Of a stretch of 64,000 bases of DNA, positions 13,920 through 27,472 are shown one piece after another. A program made the translations under genes and the position numbers. The notes under the pieces are model-generated. The model saw nothing but the letters and a program-made list of their open reading frames with translations, made no database searches and had not been told where the DNA came from. The stretch is taken from NCBI GenBank assembly GCA_964016885.1, contig OZ024740.1, forward strand, positions 180,854,001 through 180,918,000, read 5' to 3'. Position 1 is the first letter of the stretch. Each line of letters starts with the position of its first letter. This DNA is from Eledone cirrhosa (Eukaryota).

Positions 13920-14735
13920 GCTATCACGGCGGATATTCTACATGGAGGGTATATTAGGATGGCAATTAGTAGGACCATGCTTGCGTGACGAGACAAAGAT
14001 TAAACCTGCTGTACTCCTTCAGCAAAGTAGTCTTCTTCTTCTCCAACATCTTCCTGAGATGATCGTATACACAGACCCCCTCAACCACTCCTTCCAGCGG
14101 GTCCTATCAATAGTAGCTATCTCAAATTGATCCGGCTTGATCCTCAAGTAAGACCATCTGAGCTTATGGATGTTATCCAATTATCGCCTGGACCACCTAC
14201 CGGTCGATTGTTTTCGTAGAATCTGCCCAGCGATACTTTCCTGAGATATACCCACCACATGTCCATATTATGGGAGCTGGGATCTTCCAAGTCGGAGAAG
14301 TAATGGCTCTACGTGGAATTACTCCTTGATATCTGAGCTACGCACTCGATCGAGTAACCTTATTCCCACAAGCCTCCGGAGTTTCCTCATTTCGGCATGC
14401 ACTTGATAGCTGTGCAGCTGAGTGCGGCACAACAGGTATGAAAAATTAGTGCTGAGAAAACTGAGTCATACTCTCTACGGAGGCCTACCTACTCAGTACA
14501 TTCTACATGTGAATGGTGCTCAATTAAAACAGACAGAGAGGTTTGAGTATCTATTGGTCCTTTTCGTGAGTGCTTGTTGTCCTGAGGTTTAATTAAATGC
14601 AAGAATCATAGGAGCTGGAGCTGTAATGTACCAGGCACATTATTTGGCCATAAGAAGAAGAGACGTATGTGTAAAAACTAAATTCGCTCTCTTTTGTTCG
14701 ATATTCATGCCAAACCTTTCCTATTGTCGTGATCG
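13920..14735 (-). mobile_element. RTE-clade LINE fragment with an inverted 5' segment
   Basis: Minus strand from ~14400 downward reads AEMRKLRRLVGIRLLDRVRSSDI..YGHV. Plus strand ~14405-14735 reads GMKI..EKTE..LKQTERFEYL..KTKFALFCSIFMPNLSY, the immediately upstream RT segment. Confidence 0.7.
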
Positions 14736-15116
14736 AAATAATATGATCGCACAAACAAGCAGTCAAATCATAGGTAAATGCTCAAATCAACACCACCTGA
14801 TGTTTGTATCATCATCTGTATTTCTGGTAATTTATAGTGTTTTCTTTATTCTAACTGTTCAAGAAAGTCCTGTATCAATTAAATTGTATGTGTTACTGCA
14901 ATTAATTTTTGTTTGGTACTGTACGTAAGCAATATTATCATTTTCTAAAGCAACTAATTCAGATAATGCATTGGACGTTTATATATTGGCAAATACGATT
15001 CTGAAAGTAAATATCTCAACGACATTGATCAATTATGAAAGAATTTACAGTTACTTTTTGTTTGATAGGTGTTGTATATCGATGTTATAATAGAACACCG
15101 TCTTTTACGTTTACAA

Positions 15117-15158
<42 letters not shown>

Positions 15159-15159
15159 C

Positions 15160-15671
15160 GGGTAAAATTCCCGAGATCCATGGACGAGTTCTCTCCAACG
15201 GTCTCTGTCCCCCATCGTCGCTGCCATGTCCTCCATCTCCATGAGACCAGTGTCTGTCCTTAGGGCATCATCATATGTCAACCTCGGTTTTCCTCTTCCA
15301 GTGTGTCCACTGAGTGCAATGTCAACTATGGATATCAGTGAGCATGTCCAGGTAACATCAGTCTCCTCTGTGCTACTTTCGAGCTGACATTTCGGAGGCT
15401 CCCGTACACCTCTGAGTTCTTCCTCCTGTACAGCTCTGATTAATATTCAGCACCCATCCACTATCTGAGTGAGTTTCTTGGTCAGTGTGCAAGTCTCAGA
15501 CGCGTACAGCAGCACAGACTCCAATACAGCAACGAAGATACGGATCTTCACGTCTTTACGATGGTCCGACTCCCACACCGATCTCAAAATGTGGCACGCC
15601 GCCCAAGCTTTGCTCTTCCTCTCGACCACATCGTCTTTTGAATTCCTCAACCAATTGTAGCGGCTTTCCAC
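15160..15671 (-). mobile_element. RTE-like LINE 3' fragment
   Basis: ORF 15447-15671 KAWAACH..VW..KIRIFVAVLESVLLYASETCTLTK is a typical post-RT RTE motif. Confidence 0.75.
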
Positions 15672-15702
15672 CTAGATTGACACACACATACACACACACA
15701 CG

Positions 15703-15768
<66 letters not shown>

Positions 15769-15870
15769 AAGGCGTGTGGCTGAGTGGTTAGAGAATTGGA
15801 TTCACAATTTGGACCGGGCGATGCGTTATGTCCTTGAGAAAGACACTTTATTTCACGTTGCTCCTTCTAC
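15769..15870 (+). mobile_element. tRNA-derived SINE fragment (second family)
   Basis: A-box tggctgagtggttag followed by gtccttgag..acactttatttcacgttgctcc, similar to the 33296 copy. Confidence 0.6.
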
Positions 15871-17179
15871 CTGGAGTTGCGACCGATAGATAGTACTAGC
15901 AACTGGAAAGACCAACGGAAACATTGTTTCCTCGGTCCGATTTGACGAAAGTCGATTGACCCCCCCCCCCCCACACACACACACACACACAAAAACAAAA
16001 TATATATATATATATATAATTGGAAATTTAGTAAAATCGAATCTCTGGCGGTTTGCAAGCAAATTCGGCCTACTTATATGAAATGATGAGTTAGCAAAGC
16101 ACTCGATAAGTTAGGTCCTTAGAGTAATAACATACGTTTAAATAGCTTAACAAATCGAACATTGTGGTAGGCAAAATCTAACACAATAATTTACCAAAGT
16201 AACGATAGAACTAACAGGTTGAGAAAAATACACCTGGACGAATCAAACGATTTTACGTTTAGAGTGTTTCTTTGAATCCGAAATCTAATATCAGACTTAC
16301 GTGACTGGCAAGCTCGTGGTATTCATGATCGAACGGAGGATTCAGTTTTTCAACAGGCTATTCGTTCTACCCTGAACAGGGGTGATAGACTAAATGTTGC
16401 TGCTAGAAGCAGCGTATCATATCTATAGCTGTCACGTGTTAATTCGTGCAAGGAAAATAAACCCCGGTTTTTGGCGGGTCATTCAAAATGTTAGACAAAG
16501 GAAATATTTTAATTTCCGCTAATCGTAATGATAAGCTCTCGACTAGATGTTATAAAACAAACACAAATAATTAACCATGTGTATATACATATACATATGC
16601 ATATATTCATACACACATGAACATATACATACATATATATATATATATGTATATGTTGTTCATGTATTATGAATATATGCATGTGTATATGTATATGCAC
16701 GTTTCTGAAATAGTGATAATCAATAAAAACGAAACATTGAACATGTATGGCTTAGTAATTTGTTCACATCTCTTACCTATATAGAATGTCACTGTATTTC
16801 CCCGTATTTATTTTTCATGATTAAAAACTGAAAGGACGGAAATATTTACACTTCAACAGTTGTAGAGTTTAATATCTCTGAAAAAAGGTATCCAATATTA
16901 TTTACATGATTAAACACTGGCAAAACACATTCCCAGTGTGTGTTTTATTGCATGATTTCCAAACATTATCGAAATGAACGGAAAATCATTGGTTACTATA
17001 CCTAGAAATTGTAGATAGCACAAAGATGTTATTAATGAACGGGAATTATCAAGTCAAAGCATAAACGTAGCTGTATTGTATTTTAAATTCATTAGGATTA
17101 TGTACTTGAGAAATAAGCCTTCGACGATTTGCTACTGTTCATGAGGGACGTTAGGAAATCTCTCTCTCTCTCTCTCTCC

Positions 17180-17246
<67 letters not shown>

Positions 17247-18991
17247 TCTCTCTCTCTCACACACACACACTCTATCTCTCTCTCTGTTTTATGCAACCTA
17301 TGTGGCAAATGCATTTCTCAGAGATCTACAGAAACTAACCTACGCTAGGTAGTCATTTTGTTGCTCAGAATTACGCTTCCTGTGGTATCCCTATCTTAAT
17401 ATTATGTTTGGTCTACTACTACAATGGTTCTTAGTGTGGGCCTCTGCAAAGCCGTACCAACGCTATATATTTTAAGGACTACACAATTGCAACCTGTGTT
17501 ACAGTATAATTCCTTATTTGATACTAAATTTTACCACTTAGTTGTAATCCACATACCTTGACTTATTTCGCATTACTTTTAAAATGTCCTATTAAAAACT
17601 TCCGACTGCACATAGTTGATGATATAAAAACCCATCTTACGCTCCTTGTCAAACAACTTCTCATCTTCATGTACGTACATTTTTTTAACAGATATGTATT
17701 CCAAATCCTGGAGAGCTTCAAATGTGCTATAGTTCTCTTTACATGATAATAATTGATGACTCAAACCGAATTTAACTGTCTTCAGCTGGAATACCATGTT
17801 CAATACATTAACGAAAATTGAAACGAAAGCAAACATTTACTGAGTGGAATACAATATATTTATTGAGATCAATTAATCCAGTTGTTTTAGAGAAAATGGG
17901 GATTGCCACATGTTTTTATTGAAATGAACTACTATTTAGAATGAATGCAAGGATTGGTTATGCATATGGAAGACGAATTTGTTAGCATGGTTGGTAATTA
18001 AAGTACCAACAACTTTAAAATTTCATAACAAAAGTATTTTTTGAAAATATTATTTCTAATATGCAATACCTTAGAATGTTTATTTCATTCGTAAATGGGA
18101 TTATATAGTTCGTGTATATTTCGACTGGAAATAAAGAGACTACTCATCGGAATAATTATTGAGACATAAGAACTGAAGAAGCAATTTAAGACTGTAATCT
18201 CCTATTAGAACTACGGCAACACTACTAGCTTCCCTTAATTTAATTAGCTGTATAACTATGATATCAATTTTAAAATTTACACATACAGTACTGATTAATT
18301 TACTCCAAACACGTAAATACTAACTATCCGCAATGCTTCAGATTAACATGTCAATATGCATTCATGCCCACATTAGTATTATTGTCTGAATATTGATTTT
18401 AAATACTAGATTAAGGGCGTGTTATCTATAATGATACTGATCACTACAAATCATATTTATATAAACATTATTTGCTTTAGTTTGAATATCTTGATCAAAG
18501 CCTAAATGGAAGCACGCATAGTATTTTTGATGGATTCTTCAGTTGAGGCAAGAAATGAATCCGGTGATCTGACCTGATGATTTTAACAAAATTTCTTCTG
18601 CTAAACGCACCGAACATTAAACACTGGTATGCCACCTGATGACACTGTAATTTAAAGTAATATGAGCAGTCCCCCTTACGAGCTCCCACAATTTTCACTT
18701 ACAAAATTTCACTCTCAGAGCATTGACCGTTTGGATGTTATGATACATTTCCTCAAATAGATGTGCAATGGAATCAAACTCAAAACCATAAAGTTGGGAT
18801 GCATTATTCTTCAGCCATACTCTAAAGAATTGTAAAAACAATTAACTACACGTATGTAATAAAGTATCATAAATGTAATACAACTTAAATATCACTAAAA
18901 TTAGTACTTATGTTTTTCTAAGCATGTTTGCATGTTTAAAGTGAGTGTCCTATATAGTGTTTAGAAATAGCAACCTAATCTTAATCATATA

Positions 18992-19192
18992 CAGACCTGT
19001 CAACTCTCCCCGTCGGACAGAGAGATCAAGAGATCTCCCAACCAATTTTGGGGTGGGTGGTAGTTGTCTTCTCTTGTGAAAATGGGTATAGCTTTCATAA
19101 TCTCCCCATTTTTCTTCATTTTTCCCCGTCGTTTTCGGGCAGTTTCTTTTCATGGTACTCCCTATTTGGGCGTTTAAAAGTTGGTAGGTCTG
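18992..19192. mobile_element. MITE, probably hAT-related, 201 bp
   Basis: TIRs cagacctgtcaact / agttggtaggtctg (12/14 match), flanked on both sides by catata. Confidence 0.7.
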
Positions 19193-20671
19193 CATATACT
19201 AGGGTAGTTTATTATATTTAGCTTTGATCCGAATGAGTAAATAAGGCGCGTTATAATCTTCGAATAATTATCTGTTGTACATTTAAATTAGTATGGTGTA
19301 TATAGGTGCAAACAGTAAATATCATCGAATTCGAACTGAGAAATTTAAAATTGTAAAATATATAGCCTGTTCTTCTTGTTATAAGGAGAATGCTCACGTA
19401 CAAAGTACACATCGGGGCTAATGTATTTTGCAAAATACCTACACACGTATATTTTGATAATGCTTTCAACAATATAAAAGGCAGAAAATTGAAAATCTAC
19501 GTGGAAGATTTGAAGAAAATTAATTTCACCAATTCTTATTTCAGATATACGTTTGGGAATGCCTAAAAGTATTTAAATAAACCATATTCTTAATTGGTAA
19601 TATCTAGAGACTAAAATACAATCAGAATGTGTTGTTGAAATTTATTCTTAGTGGTTTCTTATACTTATTTCTTCTGTGCAGATGTCTTCTATTTAAGTAT
19701 TTGCAAGAAATTGAATATGTTACCACTCTCTAGTGACGAGATATTTCAAAGAATAAAGTAATAAGTGTCTATTGTCTTATAAGTAATTATTTTTCATTGA
19801 TAATTACATTTTATGGATTGCTCTATTTTATCTTACATACTCTTGGTAATAATCATCCTATCATTATTTAGCATTGACTGTTATATTTCTATTTTGGGTT
19901 GCAGTAATTTAATAAATGAGGATCACATGATTTTTCATCATATCATGCACAATGATTATCAGTGTAAACTCTTGGAATATTGAGCGCTGGGTCTGAGTTC
20001 AAGTTCCTTGATATCCATTATCACTAGACACAGCCAGCTAAGACTTGTACATTGCCTCATGAATATATTGAAGATTCTATATTCTGTCAATTAGCCAGGA
20101 ATGTCTCTATTCATAGAAATCGGATCATTACACTGAATAAAGAATTTATCTTAGATATAGTAATTTCAATCTAAATATATATCGTCGGGTTGCGAATATA
20201 TCGATGCTCTAAATTTTCGAGAAACATTCAAACACGGCAATTTACTTTCCTCTATAAATTTGTCAAGAATGAGTTTCTTTATGGCTCAGTATGTTAGCGA
20301 GACACCATTAAAAGTACCGCAAGGCAACATAATTTTTATATATAATTTCATTCCATCAAAGTTATTTTAATAATATTTCCACTCTTGAATAGTTGCTTTA
20401 AAACATAAACATAAATATACTGCTACACTTAAATACACACATAATCACATAATTAAATAAAACTTAGAGCAATATAAGATTACTACGATAGCTATACAAT
20501 ATATCGTTCCATATATGAGCATGCTAAACTAAAATGTATGTTTTAATAGATAATTATGTTATATAGGTAAGTGACTTTGTATTTGATATATGAATTCAAA
20601 TATTTAGGTTATTTTATAAATTCAGAATCCATACATAATTGCCAATTATGAGATGTGAATATGCGTCATCA

Positions 20672-20760
<89 letters not shown>

Positions 20761-20764
20761 CACA

Positions 20765-20813
<49 letters not shown>

Positions 20814-20889
20814 TAGATTCATTTCTAACCTTTGCTAAAAATTTAGGGGAAAGGCAAAGTAAATTATATCAAAATACGTACATTGCATA

Positions 20890-21375
20890 AACGGTATTGA
20901 TATCGACCCCGTAAATATGAGAAGCAAAGTTGGCATTGATTGTGTTTGAACTCAGGATATACAAAATCCTACCTATACACCGCAAGCATTTTTGCAAGGG
21001 GGAAGTCCATTTACTCGAAGCCAGTGCATTACTGGTACTTTACTTTATCGATCTAGTGATGATAATATGCAAAGCTAATCTCGGCGGAATTTGAACTCAG
21101 AACGTAAAGGAACGTAACTATATGTCACAAATCATGTAAATCGACGCTCTAATGAATCTGCCAATCCACCAATCCCTGTTTGGTGCAAAGCCAACCATTT
21201 TCAGGAATGGGAAAGTCGATTAATTCGATACCAGTTCATTGCTGGTACTTTATTTTATCAATCATGTAAGCATGAAAGGCATAGCTAGCCTTGGCGAGAT
21301 TTGAACTTAGAACGTAACGGGTCGTAACTATATGCCACAAATCATATAGTACGAGACTCTTCCGATGCTGCCTCT
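20890..21375 (-). mobile_element. Cluster of about three degenerate OK-like SINE copies
   Basis: Repeated reverse-complement blocks ctggtactttat..tttatcga, tttgaactcag and gccaatccacc. Confidence 0.7.
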
Positions 21376-21559
21376 CTCCCTTGCTCTGTCTAGTTAATTA
21401 ATTAGATCACTTCATAATCATGAGATACTGTAAACATCATTCCACGGGAATGAAATTCTGGACACTGGAATACTTTAGAATTCTATAAATTTGAAAGAGT
21501 TTATAAATATAAGGAACAGCTATTTCAGAGAGTGTACGCTTAGTCTTAGGGAAGAAAGC

Positions 21560-22550
21560 AGAAATCAATTTGAATACAATTGTCTTGGAAGGAATTTAGT
21601 AAAACCTGCTGCCACCATTGATGCATACACTTTCGACACGAATAATACTTGAAAAGAGGATTAAAACTAAATGAGTAAAATATGTAACACTGCCTAAGAA
21701 TTGGAGAAATCGTGGCTGAAACAGAAGATTTCTCATATTCGGTAAAGGATGAAAGCTTTCTAACAGCAAACCACAGAAAACAAGTAATTAGGTATTATAC
21801 AGAATTTCAACTACAATTTATTTAGGGATGAAGAAGAAACAGTTAACCTTATTGCCTCTGGCTACCCACTCGTAGCCAAGAAGACATAGGTCTATAGGTA
21901 TCTTGGTATTGCAGTTTATATACTATGCCAGTTTTCAGTCTTATGAAATACCAATAGAAAAGACGCGATATAGACATGTCTTTATAAAACAATGTGATAT
22001 TACAACACACAAATTTGGAGGGACAATAAGGACAGCAAATTCATATGAAGATGATATCCAAATAAAGAGACATGTAAATATAGGTTATTCTGATATGGGA
22101 GTGAAAACGTAAAATATTTGTACTTTGGGAAATATCGAAGGACATGCAAAAGATAAATAGCGGTTTATACAAATATACAAATCTTTTAGAAAATAGTACT
22201 ACTGCGAGATATATGAAATTCCAACAGAAATACGATGATACAGACAAACAAGAAAAGGTGGCAGGGAATGACAAATCAAGTATTCTTAGGAATATGCCAA
22301 TACACAGAGACAGGAAATTCAAAAACACTCTTCCGGATAATATAATGCATCAATACGAATAACAAATGCATCAATCCACCGAGACGCCAAAATATCAACC
22401 AAGAAAATGGATAAAGGTCAGCGAGGAAACGTTGAAGAAAAAGTCTACAAAGCTGCTGTTACAAAGCATGATTCACCGAGACCCATACTCCAGCATGCAA
22501 TTATTGGTCTACCAAACACACTTACAACAAAGATTGGGTCTTACAAAAAA
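21560..22550 (+). mobile_element. Old R4/Dong-type RLE LINE relic(s), C-terminal region
   Basis: Degenerate translations AETED..KDESFLT, EEETVNLIASGYPLVAK and EKVAGNDKSSILRNMPIHRDRKFKNTLPD parallel ATEG..QEQAL, EETVAHIVSEC and ENDQVKVLWDFRIQTDK..RPD of the ORF at 55716-58271. Confidence 0.6.
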
Positions 22551-22554
22551 TCAG

Positions 22555-22670
22555 TTTGAGATTCGCTCAAACTGACATCGCTGAATAGACATCGCTCAAA
22601 ATGGACGTAATGTTAACTTCGCTCAAAATAACTTCGCTGAACTTGACTTTGCTCAAACGACTGGAAACGA
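22555..22670. repeat. Array of short (~10-15 bp) degenerate tcgctcaaa/tcgctgaa repeats, possibly one end of a DNA transposon
   Basis: About six copies of (t)cgct(c/g)aa ending in aaacgactggaaac; no partner end was found. Confidence 0.45.
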
Positions 22671-22689
22671 TTCAAATATATAGATCTAG

Positions 22690-23150
22690 AAAGAGAAATA
22701 TCTGGAACATTTACCCACACTTTAGCAAATGTACTGGGGGGCAAAGATTCCCTCTCAACGCTCACCTTCATTTGCAAGTGAAACTTGAAAGGGTTGCGGA
22801 GGGATTTCCCGAAGAGAAAAGTATCTGTCTCCAGGCCTTTCAACATGTTCCACCGATTCGTGATTTTTTATGGGCCCATAGAATAGCCTTAGTGCCCTTA
22901 ATTCTTAGAGCACGCGCCTTTGCCCTATCAATGCAACCTTCGTATTTCACGTTGAAGAAATGATCTAATGACATTCTCACCCTTAGCACGTCAGTTGGGA
23001 TGTCACATCTAATCGTCTAGTGTAATTTAAGTACCAGCTCTCAGTTCTTTATATTTTTCTAACACTACTTATTTACTAAAACCTACTAAAATCACTCTAA
23101 TCTCTCTATTGAGAACATCACGTCATCTATTGTTGACGAACCCCTCTCAA
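22690..23150 (-). mobile_element. Old internally deleted Tx1 ORF2 relic
   Basis: FNVKYEGCIDRAKARALRIKGTKAILWA (post-endonuclease segment) is joined almost directly to LKGLETDTFLFGKSLRNPFKFHLQMKVSVERESL (ORF2 C-terminus). Confidence 0.75.
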
Positions 23151-24359
23151 TAATAGTAATAAAAATAATGACAATAATAGTATCAATAGCAGATAAAAAC
23201 AATATCAACTATGACTATACATAAAATACTACTTTCATCACTAACTTTTCATCTGCCATTCGCACTAGTACTTCAACTGCCAATCACCATCAACACCTAC
23301 CCACATCACTACCACAGTACTGCATTAAATCATCAATATTCCCTCTCCATAGGATAGTAAGATATGCATTTTTTACAATATATAGGTCGTTATAGATTAT
23401 TTTCTTTTGATATCGACAACTTTGATGTATGTATATGCTAAAAAGACACAAACAGACATGCTATTTCTTTTGTCACAAGATTCTATTTAATGCTCTTAAA
23501 ATGTTTTAATCCGGATATTTGACTTCATCCGTTTTCTTTTGTTATAGAATTGGACGTCGTATATTTTTTATGTTTATGTGTTTTCTCATATTGCATCAGC
23601 TAACTTCCATTTTAGAAATCAATTTCCAGATTCAAGTGTCTCCACAATCACATTCCCAATCTGAATGCTTTTTTAGGTGAGTGATTTTGGTCCTCTTTTA
23701 TAAATATTTATTATACTTTTGTAGTTTTCGTTTTTTATCTTCAGGTTATCGATAATCTGGCAGATTTATGATCAAAAGCATTTTCATCTATGAACTTCCT
23801 CTTTACTTTTCTGACAGTATACATCCTTGGGCACATTATCCAGTATGAACTTCCTCTTATTACAAAGTGCAATTGTGATATCAGAGCGGTTTCACAGATA
23901 ATTCTATTAGATCAAGTAAGCAGGTAGTTACATCCTAGTTAATATTCTATTGTCATCGCTGTGAACAAATCTGCATCGTCGCTGGAATCATACATTGTCA
24001 TAACACTGTAATTGATAGTTGATAATTCAGGTACAAAGCTAACAGTTTTGTGGAAAAGGTGTTAATGTGGTTATATGAAACTCTCTACATTACTGTTACT
24101 ATAATTTATCGAGCTCACACGGATGAATGGCAACATTGGCCTGCCTGTCATTTGAACTCGTATCGTAGAAAAACATGACAAAATGCCACAAGTAATTGTC
24201 TCCTACTGTAGATGCACCATCCTCCATTGTTAATTAATGAAATGCGTGTAATCAGCTCAAAACATTCGCTGGAAATAAGGTGTTGTTGCCATTGTTAAAA
24301 AAACAAAAAGGAGCTGATTCATAATTCTCTTCTGAGTTACGTATGATCTTATTGCATAT

Positions 24360-24446
<87 letters not shown>

Positions 24447-24980
24447 CATATATATGTGTGTGTGTGTCTTTTTGTGTGTGTTTGTGTGTGATATGTGGGC
24501 TTAGAAGGTGTATATATATATAGGCTTCAGCCCTATTTTTTAGTGTGGGCGCATGGGTGTTATTTGGTGTAATTGGTGGCTGACAATGCGTGTTTGTATT
24601 CACCGACATTCATATGCAAGTGTAACTGAGCGCAAGCAATTGAGGATTCCTGTGTGTGTGTGTGTGTGGGTGGGGGGGGGGCGCTTACGTCGTGTAGGCG
24701 CGTTTTGACATGTTTATTGGTCAGTCAAAAACTCGCTTTGGTGTAACCAGGAAGCAGATGTTTGTGGGGTGTGTCACGATTGGACGACCAGGTGCTGATT
24801 TACCGTGTTAGTCAAGGCAGTTCATATTTTTGTCATAATCGAAATTCATATATGAAATATGATTATAATTAATTACGATAATCAGTGGAATATATAATTT
24901 AGACATATAAATGTATATATATATATATAAAATAATATAAAATAAATAAGTCAAATGTTTAAAATTTGGCATCGTTTATT

Positions 24981-25035
24981 ACTGTTATATATATTTCGGT
25001 GACAGCCATCTTTGACTGTGACCTCTTCAGGCAGT
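24981..25035 (-). ncRNA. Type I hammerhead ribozyme motif, slightly degenerate
   Basis: Minus strand: actgc CTGAAGA ggtcacagtca-aaga-tggctgtcacc GAAA tatata TA acagt. Confidence 0.65.
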
Positions 25036-25181
25036 CCGAATTAGTGTGGTAAAGACGAGTACACATGTTGTTGAGGTGTTTAACTTTGTCAATACTCTGA
25101 TATGCCCAGTTCCTGGTTGGGTTGTTGTTTCACTGAGGAACTGGAATCATATGTTGGTATACAACCAACATATACTCAAAA

Positions 25182-25295
<114 letters not shown>

Positions 25296-25641
25296 AATAT
25301 ACATATATATATACACACACATATATATATACACACATATACACATACATGTACATATATACATACATACACATGCGTATGCGCACATACATACACACTT
25401 ATATGTACAGGCGTGCACACATACATGCATGTGCATCCATACGTAGATAAATACAGACATATGCACATGAGTGTGCGTGCCCATATTCACCTATAAACTG
25501 ACATACATCAGCCTATATATGTGTGGATTCGCGGGGACGCACACATCGGTGAGCGCTCTCGCATACACCCATGTACATACACTCTCCTGTGCATAGAGTG
25601 CTTGATTTGGTACCAACACCAGTGTTTCAGCGTACTACCTA

Positions 25642-25683
<42 letters not shown>

Positions 25684-26414
25684 CTATTTTGTGATTTTGA
25701 TGTATACTTAAATCATATCACGTGTAATTATACAAAAAGTACTATGCTACAATGCCTGTTGACACAAATATTCGTAAATGTTATTTATAAATCTAAATTA
25801 TATATTCCACTGATAAGCTGTAATTAATTATAATCATATTTCATATATGAATTTCGAGTATGACTGAATCGTGCTGTCAAAACAATCACCAATATTCTGT
25901 AATGAATTATTGAACTACTTTCAGAAAACTTCATGTAATCTATAACCCTGCATCCTTTATCTACACATGCTGGATATCATCATATAACTTCGTATATACA
26001 CTAACATACACTTCGGGACAAAATGTGTGTTTGTGTTTCCAACCTGCAGCATATATGCCCGCTGTCTGTGTTGAGTAGGACATCATCTCCAAATTGTGTG
26101 AGGAACACTATCCTTTGTGGTTTCCATATCACGGTGACATTAGGGTTATAATATTTTATCACATGTAGGTCTATACATTTAAATAACAGACTAACACTTT
26201 TGCCTAACAACGAACATAGCTACCTACTCAAAGACGCACAGCGAGGAGAGAAACATAAAACACACATACACAGATAAATACACACATATACATTTAAAAC
26301 ACATCAAACGCACCCTCCCACAAACACACACACATACAGATACATATATATATATGTATGTGTGTGCGTGTGTGTATACACGTACAGGCACACAATCATA
26401 TATATATATATGTA

Positions 26415-26470
<56 letters not shown>

Positions 26471-26474
<4 letters not shown>

Positions 26475-26622
26475 AACGCGTAGGACCCCGACGGCTGAGC
26501 TCAAGCCGTTTCGACGGCTAATGCTGGACTAAATTAGCCGTCGAAACGGCTTGAGCTCAGCCGTCGGAGTCCTACTCGTTCCTATTACCCACTCTACTAC
26601 CCTAAGTATTGAGTACTTTGGT
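26471..26622. repeat. Fold-back hairpin element (arms ~49 bp, 26474-26581), same family as 10445-10640
   Basis: gaacgcgtaggaccccgacggctgagctcaagccgtttcgacggctaat / attagccgtcgaaacggcttgagctcagccgtcggagtcctactcgttc; abuts (TA)n. Confidence 0.85.
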
Positions 26623-26789
26623 ATTGAGTACTTTGTGGAAATCTCGCAGCAAATTTTATCCTCTCTTGCTATCCTCGTCATGAGGTTCAAACATCCTTCT
26701 TCCCAGAACCAAATATATTACAACACAATCAGATTGACCTACGTTGGAAAATATCACACAAGGATTTCATTTCATGTATTGCATTAAAT

Positions 26790-27472
26790 AGAGTGTACAT
26801 AGGTGTACATAGTGTACATAGGTGAGACAGCTCGTAGTGCAGGGGAACGGATAAATGAACACTGGCGAGACCTTCAAGATAATAAAGAATCATCTGTACT
26901 CTACCAACATGCTAAAATAGAACACAGGGATAAATTAGAGAACATAGAAATAAAAATAGAATCTACACACAGAAAAGACGCAATGTTTAGACAAATTACA
27001 GAGGCAATAAACATAAAAGAATTACAACCAAAATTAAATAGAAAATATGAGTGGAACAGCAACATCACAACTTACAATTAAGGACAAAATGAAAACACAC
27101 ACACACATAGAACAAACAGCCAACCAGTGACATGTAAATAAACAAATAAATAAATGAACATAAACACACACAGACACCTGGATGTGGCGCATGCGCAGAC
27201 TGAGCACACAACACACACACAGAAACAAAATGGCGTAGGACAGAACAAAGGAGAGGCACAGAAACAAAGAACGGAATCCCCAGTCACTGAAGAGGTCACA
27301 GAGTGTGTGACGAAAGAACTATGACTATATATAAAAAACTATCTGGTTGTGGAACCAACCAACCAACCAGAAATTTATAAATTTATAAATTTATAAATAT
27401 ATAATAAATTGAAGTGAAATCGACTGGTGCGTGTGTTTATTATTGGCAACATGACCCTCCCAAAGTATAACC
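26790..27472 (+). mobile_element. Penelope-like element 3' fragment: GIY-YIG endonuclease C-terminus plus pLTR with hammerhead
   Basis: ORF 26803-27081 YIGETARSAGERINEH..LYQH..RQITEAINIKELQPKLN; hammerhead at 27282. Confidence 0.85.
27282..27326 (+). ncRNA. Minimal type I hammerhead ribozyme motif
   Basis: agtca CTGAAGA g-gtcaca-gagtg-tgtgac GAAA gaac TA tgact; stems I and II pair perfectly. Confidence 0.85.

Noticed and set aside
17579-18698. ORFs 17579-17836 and 18495-18698 as host exons
   Set aside because: No recognisable domain or consistent splice signals
22555-22670. Short interspaced repeats as a CRISPR-like array
   Set aside because: Repeats are ~9 bp and degenerate, spacers are only a few nt, there are no cas genes, and the context is eukaryotic
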